DNA of 64,000 nucleotides, taken from the NCBI RefSeq assembly GCF_009914755.1, contig NC_060931.1; one strand, given 5' to 3'. Of the stretch, positions 28,597 through 43,620 are shown one piece after another (the first letter of the stretch is position 1; the number at the start of each line of letters is the position of its first letter). The stretch is from the human T2T-CHM13v2.0 reference genome, Homo sapiens. The position numbers and the translations under genes were made by a program. The notes below the pieces were generated by a model. That model saw only the letters and a list, made by a program, of their open reading frames with translations, ran no database searches and was not told the origin of the DNA.

Positions 28597-29566
28597 ACCC
28601 ACCGTGAGGTGATGGAAGTGTTTTAAATCTTATTTTTGCTGGTAGTTTCACAGGTGTACACAACTGTCAAAACACGTGGAATTATACTTTAAGGAAAGGC
28701 AGTTCCTTGAACATAGTTTCTCAAAGTTGAACAAATGTTCTGTATCTTAAAAAGTGTCTGTCTTCTATCATTTTGGTGTGTACCTACATTTGAGTAGGTT
28801 TCTATGAGCAAAGGAAGAAAATATAGGAAGATACAGTGGTTACATAGAGATGGGTTTGGAGAGAATGGTACCTAATTTTGTAACCCTAGAGTGTCCTTAG
28901 CCCCAAATTCCTGTCCAACCAAAATATCTCAATGTGAAGATACACCTTTGTTGTCTACTGAGCAGAGGTAGCTAAACATTTGGACTGGCTAAGTAAGGAA
29001 AATACTTCCCATGTCACTTCTGAACTTTTTGTACATGTGCGAGTTGCGGAGAGGTGGCAAGGACATTCTCCAGCATGGTGGTAGTCAGCTAAAATTAAAC
29101 TTAAGCCAGTGATTGGAGGATCAACAAAAGGATAATTATCGTTTTGCAGTCTATCATGGAACATAGTGGAAGAACAAGATCTTTGAGGTCAGAAATACCT
29201 GAATTTTAACTCCAGCCTTGTCCCTTCCTGGTAGAACAAGTTTTGTGTGGCTTTGGAAAATTAATCTACATGGTCTTTATTTTCCTCAAATGCAAACAAT
29301 AACTCCCATAGTGTTGTAGTAAAGATTAAATCAGATGAAACGGTCACAGGGCCTTCTATATTGTAGAATGTCAGTACTTGATATCATTATCCACTGTGGA
29401 AGAAAAGATTGTAAATTTCTTATTCTGAGGATTAGTGAGTTTAAAGTGCTTATTTGCATGGTTGGCCTAGGTGTTGTTCTTCAAAAAGGACTAATTCTAG
29501 ACTCTGCTACAAGCCCACTATACAATATTGTTGTGATCTGATAAGCTTTTAAAAATTGAATCTGTA

Positions 29567-29859
29567 GGCCAGGTGCAGTGGCTCACGCTTGTAATCCCAG
29601 CACTTTGGGAGGCCGAGGTGGGCGGATCACGAGGTCAGGAAATTGAGACCATCCTGGCTAACACGGTGAAACCCCATCTCTACTAAAAAAGAATACAAAA
29701 AATTTAGCTGGGCATAGTGGCGGGCGCCTGTAATCCCAGCTACTTGGGAGGCTGAGGCAGAGAATTGCTTGAACCCGGGAGGCGGAGCTTGCAGTGAGCG
29801 GAGATCGCACCGCTGCACTCCAGCCTGGGCGACAGAGAGAGACTCTGGAAAAAAAAAAA
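29567..29859 (+). mobile_element. AluY-like
   Basis: Diagnostics gaccatcctggctaacacggtg and ggcggagcttgcagtgag; perfect 16-bp TSD aaaaattgaatctgta. Confidence 0.93.
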
Positions 29860-30334
29860 AAAAATTGAATCTGTAATGACTTCAGCATGCTCTCCAATAT
29901 CCCAATGGAATCATTATGTTTAGTCAGATTGCTCAAAATTTTCTGAGCTCTGTTGTGCCAAGTTTAAGGCAGCCGGAACTCTCTTCCCTTGCAGACAGTG
30001 AAATTTCTCTGGTGTGAAATGATGCTCATAGATGTTTATATGATGCTCATATTGGGAGGATGACTTGCCCCAAATGGCCTGTCACCCCAAATGGTTGGTG
30101 GTCTTGTGGTCTATTATCCAGGGAGACACCATTGCTCCCTGTCACATTGGTGACAAGCAGAAGAGATTAGGTTGTCCTTTGATTTGTTGATACACATGCC
30201 ACGCTGTCAGATGATATTTGAGATTATGCCCTGAGCTCAGAGATGCATGGCGTGAGGATGACATGTGACGGGTATCTCTGTGCCCCATTACTGTGGAGCA
30301 GCCTCTGCTGCAAGACCTGACCTCTCTGGCATTT

Positions 30335-30661
30335 ACAGAAGATCCTCCTTATCCATGGTTTCGCTTTCCATAATTTCAGTAATGTGAGATCAACTGGGGT
30401 CTGAAAATAGGTGAGTATAATACAATGAGAGAGAGAGAGAGAGAGAGAACATTAACATACTTGTTACTAAAGTATATTGCTATACATTTTCTATTTTATT
30501 ATTAGTGTTGTTAACTCTTACTGTGCCTGACTTACAAACTAAATTTTATCATAGGTATGTATGTATAGAAAAAACGTATATAGGGTTCAGTACTATATTC
30601 CATTTGAGGCATCCATTGGGGGTCTTGGAACATATCCTCCACAGCTAAACAGTGACTTCTG
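30335..30661. mobile_element. Tigger4/MER46-like MITE containing (GA)n at ~30427-30447
   Basis: ta|cagaagatcctccttatcc ... gacttctg|ta; internal ggcatccattgggggtcttggaac. Confidence 0.7.
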
Positions 30662-31509
30662 TACCCTCTGTCAGTGCAGAATGAGGTGCACTGCATTAGC
30701 ATCGTAGGCCTCGGTTTCTCTTTACAACAGACTTGGTAGGTAGCTTTACGTTAATCACTTTGGGTCCAAGCTATGCATCTGGAAACTGGGGATAAGAATA
30801 CTATTTCCATATCTGTCAAAAGGCAGAGGAGTGACCACATGGTCCTTCCAACTTTAAGTGTTATTACACCCAATTTTTAATTTTTCTGCTTTTCTCTTGC
30901 CAAATTCTTTCTGGTTGTCCTGTCCTTTATAGATAGGACATCATCACCTGAAATTGAGATATGGAGAACCAAGCTCAGAATTTTATGTTAGAAACTACTA
31001 TCCACGCACTTCCTAATTTTTAGAGGGACAGAATAAGGGTGATTTGCATGTTTGTCTTTACTCTCCTGACAACTGAGACAGGAAACCAAGGATAGGAGCT
31101 CATGCAGGTAAAGAAGAAACAGGTTCAGATGTGGACATGACAACTTTGAAGTCACTGTCTGACATCTACTTCACAGCCAATTAGATCAAATTTACAAGCC
31201 ACCACACACATATATAGTGCTAGTAAATATCAGCATATAAGTGGTTAAACCATGGGAGTGGATGAGATCCCTCAGGAAAATTGCATTGAGTTGAAGAGGA
31301 GGTGTCAAGCGTAAATTGTGCTTGGATGTTTGGGGTGAACAGAAGAAGACATTGCAGTGAAGAAGGCTGAGAAGCACCATCAGAGCAGAAAGACCAACAG
31401 CACTTGGTGTCATGGGGGCCATGGAAGGAGAAAGCCTTTATGGGGGCAGGAGGAGCCTGATCAGTAATGTCGAATAGAACAGACACTATATAATCGAAGG
31501 CTTTAACAA

Positions 31510-32292
31510 CAAACATGAAAAAAGGCTCAACATCACTGATCATTAGAGAAATGGGAATCAAAACCACAATGATATACCATCTCATGCCAGTCAGAATGGC
31601 GATTATTAAAAAGTCAAGAGACAGCAGATGCTGGTGAGGCTGTGGAGAAATAGAAATGCTTTTACACTGTTGGTGGGAATGTAAATTGGTTCAACCATTG
31701 TGGAAGACAATGTGACAATTTCTCAGAGATCTAGAACCAGAAATACCATTTGACCCAGCAATCACATTACTGGATGTGTACCCAAAGGAATAGAAATCAT
31801 TCTATTATAGAGATACATGCACGTGTATGTTCATTGCAGCGCTATTCACAATAGCAAAGACATAGAATCAACCCAAATGCCCATCAACGATAGACTGGAT
31901 AAAATGTGGTACACATACACCATGGAATACTATGCAGCCATAAAAAGGAATGCGATAATGTCCTTTGCAGGGACATGGATGGAGCTGGAAGCCATTATCC
32001 TCAGCAAACTAATGCAGGAACAGAAAACCAAACGCTGCATGTTCTCACTTATAAGTGGGAGCTGAACAATGTGAACTCATAGACTCAGAGAGGGGTAAAA
32101 CACACACTGGGGCCTGTTGTGGGGGGTGGGGATAAAGAGAGGGAGAGTATCAGGAAAAACAGCTAATGTGTGCTGGGCTTAATACCTAGGTGGTGGGTTG
32201 ATAGGTGCAGCAAACCACCATGGCACACTTTTACCTATGTAACAAACCTGCACATCCTGCACATGTATTCCAGAAATTAAATTTAAAAAAAA
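31510..32292 (+). mobile_element. 5'-truncated primate L1 (older L1PA), ORF2 end plus 3'UTR
   Basis: ORF 31817-32065 shows L1 end text (MWYTYTMEYYAAIK). G-rich 3'UTR, A tail and TSD aat(c/t)gaaggc(t/a)ttaa. Confidence 0.92.
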
Positions 32293-35200
32293 ATTGAAGG
32301 CATTAAAAATTACCTTTTGCTTCTGAAGACCAGACGGTCATTGGTGATTTTAGGAAGAGCATTTTCACTAATAGAGTGGGCATAGAGCACATTTTAGTTG
32401 ATTAAAGAATAAAGGAGAGGAAGACAAGCCTGGATTAGACAATCTGGAAAGAGATGTCAGTTGTTAGAAGGTGATCCTTTTTGTCTCTTCATTGGGGCTT
32501 TTTGAGTGACATGCTGGCTCAAGGGAAAGATCCACAGCAAGGGAAGATGAAGGCAACCAAGTAGATCATTGAGGGAGCAAAGTCCTGGAGTAATTGTATA
32601 GGTGAAAGGGAAAAGTCTCATCTTATTATCTTTTGTAATAAGAAGTAGTTTAGTTCATTTTCTCTAAGAAGAAGCTATGAAGATGTGATTAGATGTGCAA
32701 GAGATTCGTTGAGATAACACTTGTAAAGGATAAAGAAGAAAGTGGGGAGACTCTTCAGATCTCAGGAGAGGTCTGACACCTGTGAAGGAGAGGGGAAGAA
32801 AAGACCAGGTAGGAAATGTGTCTAGCTGTAAGACAGTTCCAAGAAAGGCCTATGGAGTGAAAAAAACCTTCATTTAAAGAAGACACATGTCCCACAGAAA
32901 TGGGCGTGGAAATGTCCCCTCCATTCTCAGTCAACAATTGGGAGCAGCATGCTGGAAGCCTGGTCCCAAAGCAGATGCAGAGGGGGACCCAGAGTGTAGC
33001 AGCTGAAGTCAGCAGCAATTACGCACGCTCTGGACATCTGAGCAGTGCGCTTTCATGGTAAAACCCTGATATAACTGGCTGATCTGGATGTGCAGAAATG
33101 AGAACAGGAAGATAAGTGAGTTCCCAGGTGGTGGCCTCATTTATTTTTGAAGTATGAAGTATTAGGATTATTCTAGCTAGAATGGGAATAGAGAATGGAA
33201 TTGGAGAAACTTGAGTGATGGTTTAGAAGAGCAGAAACTGAAAGAAGGTAGGACTTTGATCTGCACAAGGTCTCATTGAGAATGGGTCCTGTAAGGGACT
33301 GTGATGTGTTGTGGCATTAACATGGCATGACTATGATTTTCCTCTAGAAGGATGTAGTAAGAATAGAGAAGGTAGATTTTGTGACTTATCTCTTTACTGT
33401 TAATGCTACTCCTGGTTCCAAGGCTGCCCCAGTTTTATAATTCTTAAGTTATTAGTAACTTGTCCTTTATTTGATTAAACACACAAAAAAATACATTGAT
33501 TGAGCCTTATGTATGAAGCACAGGAGGAGATATAAGAATGGATTTCTGCCATCCAGGAGTGTGTACTTAACAGCAATACCTATGATGCAAGGCAGACTAC
33601 GACAGGTAATATAAGAGAGGTAGAAATAAAGCCTATGGAACTTCAGAAGAGGAATAGAGTATCTGAGTAGGTAAAAGAGAGGACAGACTCAAAGACTTTA
33701 TGGAGGTGGCTTGGTTTGGGATTCATAAAGTGGGTATAATTGTGACAGATTTGTTATCTATGTCTACTATTGTATGGTAGAAACCTTTCTTCTTTTTAAT
33801 CTGCCTTTCAAGGCCTTCATCTAGGCTGGATGGTGACCACCTCATGCCCAGATTACTAATGAATTGCTCAGTCCCTCTTTAAATCTACTGTCTCATATAT
33901 TTGATTACAAATACAACTGGGTAAATTATGTTGTTCATATAACCTAGAAGTTTTGGGGCCCTCTCCCCTGTTTCTCAAGCATAACTGATGCTACAGTACT
34001 TTGTCCTTTTTGCACATTTCCATGATGTCTTATTGTACTAATAAGTGCTCTCTAGACTGTGATGAACTAGTTGAGTTATAACCTTGGGTAGGAAATTACA
34101 TAAGCTTGGTACATGGTAGTGTTAGAGCAAGGTCTTAGTTATTTGCTTAGTTTTCTCACCTGCCAGTGAGTTTGTAAATCACAGTCAAGGTCTTGGTTTG
34201 GAGAGGAAGGGAGGTAGCTCTGCTGTATTATTTAATCTGATTTACCAGTAAAGAAGCTAATGTTGAATGTTGATTCTTCACTTGGATAAGACTCCAGTTG
34301 TTTATAATATGGAATTGTAATATGGAATAATATTTTCACACCTCAGTAATCCATAATGAGTTCCTCTTCCACCTTTCCAGTTACTTGGGATAAAAACTAC
34401 CTGAAATTACAAGATATGCAAAATGTTGTATAATCAGGGCCTCTATCTTAAAAACTGATTTACTACTATTTCTGGGAAATGTGCCTATTTTACACTTTGG
34501 ACCTTATTCACTGTTGTTAAATTTTTCAGATAAAGCTCAACACAGTCCAGCAACTAGCTATGCTTAGCCTCCTTATCTTCATTTTTAATGCGACACCGTG
34601 AACTCCAGTCAAGAAAACACATTTAAGACCCTTTACACTTGACTGATGCACCTGAGGCTTTGCAGTGTTATGCAGAGGTATCAGTAAATATTTAATAGTT
34701 GTGAATGAAATTAAAGTCCTGGAACCCTTGTCCAACTAAATAGGCCCCTCCAAGAGACTGCTCTGATGTCATTTACTCACATAGCCAGTGCTTAGATGCT
34801 TCATGATTAGTAATTTTTATATCCTTTCTGGAGGTTTTTTGCTCTCCATTTGGTGGTAAACTCTGGTAATGAATTTTTCACTCCAATTTTTGCCTAGGTT
34901 GCTACTATTGGTCTATTAGGGTGCCTTTTTTCAGACGAAAAGACATCATCTTTTAGGAAACCTTGTCAAGGTCAACAAAACATGAACTTATTTTAATAAT
35001 CCTTTTGTATTAACAGTATTTACTTTTAGAATTATGAAGATGTGTTTATCCTTCCAAGCAGCAGTCTGGGTTGTTGCCACTTGAAAAAAAAATACGGTCT
35101 ATTGGAGTTGGAGAATAGGCAGGAACCTTGATGTCATAAAGGAAAGGAGGTAAATGGACAGTACCTTAGTGTGGTTAAGGAAAGGGCTGAGGGAGGTTTA

Positions 35201-36394
35201 GTCTCTCTCAGATGTGGTAGAAACTTCCATGTGAGAACATTTGCCACCTCAGATGAGAACACTTTTTCCATTCTCCATAAGTCTAACTCTAAGCTTTTTT
35301 TTTCTTTTTTTTTTTTTTGTACTTTATTTTATTCTTTGAGAGGTGGGGAGGTGAGCTGCCCTTTCTTTGACTTAAGGTTCTTACTTTTTTGGCTTACAAT
35401 TCTCAGAGACTCTGGCTGTCTGCATACAGAGGCCATTCAGAGCTCCATTTCAACAAGCAATTGCATATTTGATCCAATAATCCTCCAGCACGAGGATTTG
35501 GCAATCCTTTCAAAAACATTTTCCAAGTAGTTCTTAAAACCATCCCTTTTCATTAGGCAAGTGCCAGGTGAATAAACATGGCCCTAAACACTGTCCACCC
35601 TGCCTTGGCAAGGGAACATCTAAGGCTTGGGTAATTGATTTCCCCGTGGTTGCAAGAAGTTCACATAACATTATTCAATCATCTCTCAAGTTTGCTTGTG
35701 ATTGCTAAATCATTTGTGACATTGGCCTGACCTCTTACATTTAGACTTCCTTATTCTTACCTATAAAACAAGATAAAAGGATTACTTGATTGATGTCTCC
35801 AAATGGCCAGTCTGTGGACCACTGAAGCACACTGGCTGCCTCATGTCCAAGTTCAACTGTGAACTTCCTATAACACAAGCCTTAATAACTCCATCCTCTT
35901 CCTCTCCAACTCCTCTCTTAGAGACCCTTGTAATTAATTTAGGTAAATGGCCAGCGCTCAGGCCTAAAATTAGGATCTGCCAAAGGAATTTACCATGAAG
36001 TTACACTTGTAATGACCCTCCCTAAACCTCCAAATATTCTCCTCAGAGGTCGCAAGATAATGAAGTAGTCACAGCCATGTGCTACAGTCCTGCACCAGCT
36101 AGACCTGTACCCTCATACTTCCACTACTTGACCCTGGTAGATCTCATCCAGAATCAAAGTCTATCTTTTGCTCCGAGTAGAAAAATATGAATGAGTAAGA
36201 TTGTGCTTTCTGGTCCAGATGATCATGACTCAAACTACATGGCCATCTGGCCCCTCCATCTACAGTTAGAAGCACCACCTTGGCAATAATTGAAATGAAC
36301 TTTCAACAAATCTGCTAGAGTCAAGACTGAATTATGTATTGTTTTATAATATCATTGCCATATGAAGAGGGAAACAATTGTGTGTGGCCTATGA

Positions 36395-36721
<327 letters not shown>

Positions 36722-36754
36722 TGTTAGGGTTTTGTTTGTTTTTTTTTTTTGGCA

Positions 36755-36985
36755 TGACAACTTTATTGAGATATAATTCACATACACATAGGATATCATA
36801 CAATTTGCCCATTTAAAGTATACAGTTCAGTGGCTTTTAGTATATTCAGTTGTGCAACTATCACCACTATCAATTTTAGAATCACCTCAAGAAGAAAACC
36901 CATTCCCTTTAACTATCAGCCCCTGTCCTTTCTATCTCCCCCAGTCCTAAGCAACACTTAATCTACTTTCTATCTCTGTATATTT
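36755..36985 (-). mobile_element. Old L1M 3' end fragment
   Basis: actttattgagatataattcacata...ccatttaaagtatacagttcagtgg. Confidence 0.7.
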
Positions 36986-38200
36986 GTAAAATTTTAAAAA
37001 AGATTGTTCAATTGGAAGAATTTTTAAAATATATCCACAATAATATAGTTTATATGTGTTATATATCATTTTCTTAACATGTGTTCTCTAGCTTGGATTT
37101 CTCCCTTTTCTAGATCATTGATGTGGAGAAATAGACACTGGGTCCTGTTCTCTGCCCTCCATTTGATCTAGTGCCCACAACTAAACACAATTTTCTACAA
37201 AAATAAAGGCAGGACAAATGGGATAGCATAACTGACCCTTCTGATATACTTTTTTTATAAAAAAGGGGAAAAAAATTATCTTCTCAAGTTAGGAACTACA
37301 GAATTGACCTGGAAAAAGAGTGGGCCCAAAAGAAAGATTCCTAAAGTATCTCATTAGTGCCATGACTAGCAGGCAACATAAGCAGCTCGATTAGCTCACC
37401 ATATGATTGACAGGAGATGGAGAAGATGTTGGGGGTGGTGGTGGTGGTGGTAGAATTGGGGGAAGAGTTATTTATATTTGGGTGTGGCATATGAGTTTCC
37501 TCAGAGATTCTTGCTTTGGGTATTACAAGTGTTTAATTTTTATAAAAATTTTCAATAAAAAGGCAAATACCTAAGTGCCCTGAAGAAGTTTGAGACTTAG
37601 ATACCAATTCAAAATTCAAGAATTATGACTGTTCTAGAAGTCTTATGAAACTTGTATACTTCATCTGTGTGATATTTGGCAATGTGCATCTTGACTTTGG
37701 CATAGATAAGTCACTCACCTGAGGTTTTAAAGCAATAACTTTTTAATTTAGGGTAGACTCTTTTTTCAGCTTGTTCATGAGTGATAGATACTCTGGGAAG
37801 GTGGACACTTTTCTCAGTCGAAGGGAGGTATTATTCATATGGAATTCTATATAAATGTATATAAATGGTGTCCCCTAAAGCATAAGTCTGTTGATGAGTC
37901 TTTAAAGAGACTATACCGGTTAGATTCTACAATATACAGGTTGACAATATCCGATGGGAAATGTGGCTTGATTTGAAATTAGAAGGCAGACATTCAAATG
38001 ACTAATCTCAAGTCTGCCCCCAAGGTACTGTATAATTCTATGATTCTGGGCTTCATTTTTGAAAAGTCTAAAGAGATGATGAAGTACATCTGTCAAGAAA
38101 GGCATGAGAAGAAACAAAATGATCCATCTTGGCTGTGCAAATGCTGTAATGAATGGGGAAGTTGGTAGATGTGGTCTTAACAGGGTGTAGGCTTGTGCTG

Positions 38201-38224
38201 AAATAAATAAATAAATAAATAAAT
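38201..38224. repeat. (AAAT)6
   Basis: Perfect tetranucleotide run. Confidence 0.95.
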
Positions 38225-38819
38225 ACAAACCACAAGACTGACGTGACTGCCCAGTTGTGAACATTGTATGAAGGTTTAGTTGGCAGAGTAATGCTTTTCA
38301 AGTATGTTGGATAAATATTAGGTTTAAAGGCCAAGATACTTATAAGTATTTACAGGATTAAGTGAGGTATAAAATAATATTTAGTGTCTCAAAGGATGGG
38401 AAGGAAGATAGTGTTGTGGTCATTCCACAGAGGAAGTTAGAACTGCACATCCAAAATTTGGTTCAGATATCAATGCTAATGATGACACAAATACACACAT
38501 ACATATACACATACACCTCAAGATGGTATTAACAATTTTATTATTCATATAATGAGGTCTTCTGAGAAAAACAGGCCAGGCTCCCAAGCAAGTCTAAAAA
38601 TGGATTGAGAGAACAGGGAGGGAGAATTGACTTGGGGTTTTATGTGGTGGAGTAGTGTGGCTGGAGAGAGAGTTGTCTTGTGTAAGCTGGGGCTTATTTG
38701 GTTTGAATTTCTCAATAATGCAAAAGTTGAGGCATCCAAGCATCTCATCAGCTTCTCTAGATGTGGCTTGAGTTGCCAGGAGGCAAATTCAACTGTTAGT
38801 GTTTTGTGTCCTAAGACAT

Positions 38820-40180
38820 CTTGTCTAATCTGAGGTAAAAGCTTTTTCCTATTTTTTAGAAGGTGTATAATTTTGGCTCTTCTGCTTAGCTCTACCATCC
38901 ATTTTGAGTTGATTTTTATATATGTTATAAATTAAGGATTGGAGTTTTCTTTTATTGGTATTTATTGATAATACAACTGTTTCAGCATCATTTGTTGTAA
39001 AGATTGTTTTTCTCCATGGAACAACTTTGGCACTTTATAAAAAAAAATAAGCATGTGTGAGTGGGTCTATTTTTGAACTCTATTCTGTTCCAGGATCTGT
39101 ACATTTGTCCTTATGCCAGTACCACCTTATCTTAATTACCGTAGTTTTATAGTAAGTATTTTCTGTTAATGCCAATTCTACAACTTTATTTTTTTCAAAA
39201 TTGTTTTGGCTATTTTATATCCTTCATATTTCCATATAAATTTTAGGTTCAGCTTATTATTTTTTATAAAAAATCGGAAGTTTTTTTGCAACTTCTGCAA
39301 AGGTTATCAAAAACCATCAAAGGAGATTGCTTTGAATCTATGAATTATTTGGGGGAGAATTGACATCTTAAAAATATTGATCCTTCTCATCCATTGACAT
39401 GGTACATCTCCATGTTTTTTAGGTTACAGTGTACACATCTTATATATTTTATTAAAGTACCCATAGATATTTCTTAATTTTGATGCTATTATAAATATCT
39501 TAAATTACAGTTTGCTAGTATGTGGAATTACAATTTATTTTTATATATTGATCTTGTATCTTATGACCTTACTAACTTATTTATTAGTTTTAGTTGCTTA
39601 CTTTTAGGTTCCTTAATTTTTATAACATCAATCACATCTGCAAAAAAAGTTTTACTACTTTTTCACCATGCAAACTTTAATTTTCTTTATCTTGTCTATT
39701 TATACTAGCTAGAATCTCACGTACAATGATGACTAGAGGAGGCAAAAGTGGTCATCTTTGTCATATTTCTGATCTCAGGGGCAAACATAATGTTAGCTGT
39801 GTTCATTTTGTTTGTTTTTTACAGATGTACTTTTCAAGTTAAGTGCCTTCTCTTCCTGGTCAGCTGAGAGTTATTTTTTAATCACAAATGAATGTTAAAT
39901 TTTGTCTTATGTTTTTCTGCCTGTATTGAAATGATCATGTGTTTTCCTCTCCTGTGTTTCACCTTTGTTTTAGAAAGATATTTTCACTAGATAAAGTTTT
40001 TAGGTTGACAGTGTTTTTCTTCCAGCACTTAAGAAATACTTGATTTTCTTCCAGCACTTCAGAAATATTTGATTTTCTTCTGCAGAATACAGTTTATGAT
40101 AAATCAGAAGTCATTCTTTCCTGTAACATGCCTTTTTCTCTGGCTACGTTTAAGATTTTCTCTTTATCACTTAGTACTTC
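38820..40180 (-). mobile_element. Old L1M (L1ME-like) ORF2 remnant
   Basis: T-rich antisense L1 text (gagaattgacatctt, tatattgatcttgtatc). Boundaries approximate. Confidence 0.65.
40015..40080 (+). repeat. 29-bp tandem repeat, 2.3 copies
   Basis: ttttcttccagcactt(a/c)agaaata(c/t)ttga x2 plus ttttcttc. Confidence 0.93.
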
Positions 40181-42169
40181 CTAATTAAAAATCCATGCCC
40201 CAGCAGTGGTCAGCTAGCATTCTAAAGAGGAATGCTGAGGCAGCTACCACAAACACTTCTCTAACTTTATTATTGATTGACATTACAGCCTTTGCTAATT
40301 AGTGTAATAAATGTCAGAAATTAGTAACTTGACAGTCAGCTTACTGGAAGTTAGAATTACGATCTTGTTGGTTAAATAAGTATTCAAATTCTGTAGCCTG
40401 GCTAAAGTATTTTGAAGACACTCTTGAGAGAGACTAGAACATAAGCATCAAAGGAACCCAAGCACCTTCTGCAAGGCAGAAGGGGTTCGGTGGGTATGAA
40501 ATGATGGAGGTGGGAAAGGAAGATCAAAAAAGGGGTTGGGTAATGCCAAAACCCAAATACTGGGGATTATTAGAAGACATGGTTCAAGAGAGAAGCTAAT
40601 CCATGGGTGCAGGCCAGTGTCCAGAGAGAGAGACCACTGCAAGAGGCCCTGTCTGGATGTTCAGGACCTCTGAGAATATATTGTTTGCTGGCTGATTGCC
40701 CACTTTCCACAGGGCCAGTTCTATTTCTTTGTTTTTTGCCCTCCTATTATCCACTTACTCCATGCAATGTGACCGCAAGAGTTCTAAAAGCCTACATAAT
40801 AGACATGTAAATACCGGTGGTGGTGACAGAGGTGGTGAGAGTGAGAAACTCACAAATTTAATTGAGAGGAACTTGAACTGAAATGGGTTCTTGGTTAGGC
40901 TAGGACACCACCATTATATCATGATGATCATATTTTTATAGTTCTTGTCAAACATATATCTCCTATAGTACTTGTATATGATAGTACTAGGTATTGGAAG
41001 CCAAAATAAATGAGTAAAGTATGAATAGACTTCGCCTTCAAGCAGCTGACAGGGTTTGGTTGGTAGTAAATATTTGGAACATTTTTTTTCCCCTTAAAGT
41101 TCCTGGACTCAGCTAGGACTAGCCAAATGAAATGTCTCTTTACCAAAATGCTCATCTTCAGCCTGTGTTGCTTTTTTGCACTCGTGTCCACTTTTCCGGC
41201 TTTTGGCCCATTTCCTTGGCTTTGTTGCTCCCCACTTCGGTTCCAGCAGGTCCTTGGTCACTACCCCCCACATAACAACATGCACCTGGGGGCATCGCCT
41301 GAGCTTAAAGGCCCCCATTCCTCAATTGTATCTGATCCCTTCCCTCTAACTAAATGCAGGATTCTGATTCCATTCCCTCAGCATTTGGGCAGGAAAAGAA
41401 ATCTCAACTATTTGAGATGTGCCTGATGAATTACAGAAGCAAAGAATTCTGGAGTTAGAAGTTATCTTAGTTCCAAGTTAAAAATCCAGGCCCAGGAAAG
41501 TGTCACATGGTCAATGACACAAATCACTCACCGGCAGAACAGGGAGGAGTTTCACTACTTCAATTCTCTATTTACCATATCACAAAATATGTAAGATATC
41601 ACATTCTAATAATGTAATTCAGAAATAAGAGAAGGATAGCGTAGCAGGAACACCACACCTTGCCTCTCAAATTACACCACACAGAGGCTGCATATTACAC
41701 TAGTTCCAATTTCATTACTCACAAAGCCAATCTTGAAAATGCCCAGGTAAAGTAAATTGTCAGGAAGTTCTGAATAATAAACTCGTTTGATAAAACCAAC
41801 TCACAATGCTTCTTCCTTAAAAATATTTTGGTGGAAATATTATTATATTTGGACATAAATACCCCCTGAAGGACTTGTTAGGAAGAAAATAGATCATTGT
41901 TTAGGTCCCTTAGCACAGAGGTCTGAAAGTCAAATAAACTTGGTCAGGCTGTTTTCTCTTCCTAAAGAGAATAAAAGGCCCCCAATCAGTGGGTGGTCAC
42001 CATAGAAAAAATTCGGCTCTAAGTCAGAGTGACTTGAATATCTGTGTGCTATTTTTATTTCAGAAAACCAAGAAGACACACCAAAAAATCCCGATTAAAA
42101 GGGAAGAAATGTGTTTAAAGAGCTTGTTGACTTCTTAAAAACAAAAATTCCTGCATAGATTTTGGTTAG

Positions 42170-42529
<360 letters not shown>

Positions 42530-42585
42530 TAACCATAGTCATCATGATGTGCAATAGATCTCTTGAACTTATTTCTCCCTTCTGA

Positions 42586-42886
42586 TTTTTTTTTTTTTTT
42601 TGAGACAGGGTCTGGCTTTGTTGCCTAGGCTAGAGTGCAGTGGCATGATCTTGGCTCACAGCAACCTCCACCTCCTGGGCTCAAGCCATCCTCCCAACTC
42701 AGCCTCCCAAGTAACTAGTACTACAGGTGTACACCACCACACCTGGCTACTTTTTTTTGTATTTTTTGTAGAGATGGGGTTTTGCCATGTTGCCCAGGCT
42801 GGCCTCAAACTCCTGAGCTCAGGAGATTCACCTGCCTCAGCCTCCCAAAGTGCTAAGATTACAGGTGTGAGCCACCATGCCTAGCC
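42586..42886 (-). mobile_element. AluJ-like
   Basis: Antisense Alu with gagacagggtct and ctcctgagctca. Confidence 0.9.
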
Positions 42887-43297
42887 TTTAACTGAAATTG
42901 TGTACCCTTTGAGCAATACCTTCCCAATCTCCTCTCCATTCTACTCTCTACTTCTATGAGTTCATATTTTTTAAAGATTCTACCACGTAAGTGAGATTAT
43001 GTGGTATTTGTCTTTCTGTGCCTGACTTATTTTGCTTATCATAATGTCCTCCAGGTTCATCCACGTTGTCACAAATGACAGGATTTCCTTAAGACTGAAT
43101 AGCATTCCATTTTGTATGTATGCCATATTTTCTTTATCCACTCATCTGTTGATGGACACTGAGGATGATTCCATATCTTGGAAGTTGTAAATAGTGCTAC
43201 AGTAAACATGGGAGTACAGATAATCTCTTTGACACGCTGACGTCATTTCCTTTGGAAATAGCCCTACCAGTAGTATGATTGCTGGATCCTATGTTCT

Positions 43298-43620
<323 letters not shown>

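Noticed and set aside
40600-41800. Reported +36.6 kb airway enhancer position (TGTTTGC at ~40682, CAGGAAGT at 41761)
   Set aside because: Distance fits, but the short motifs occur by chance and I cannot delimit the element from sequence alone.
43238-43245. Perfect CRE palindrome TGACGTCA
   Set aside because: Isolated inside a decayed L1 between Alus with no promoter context; about one is expected by chance at this window size.
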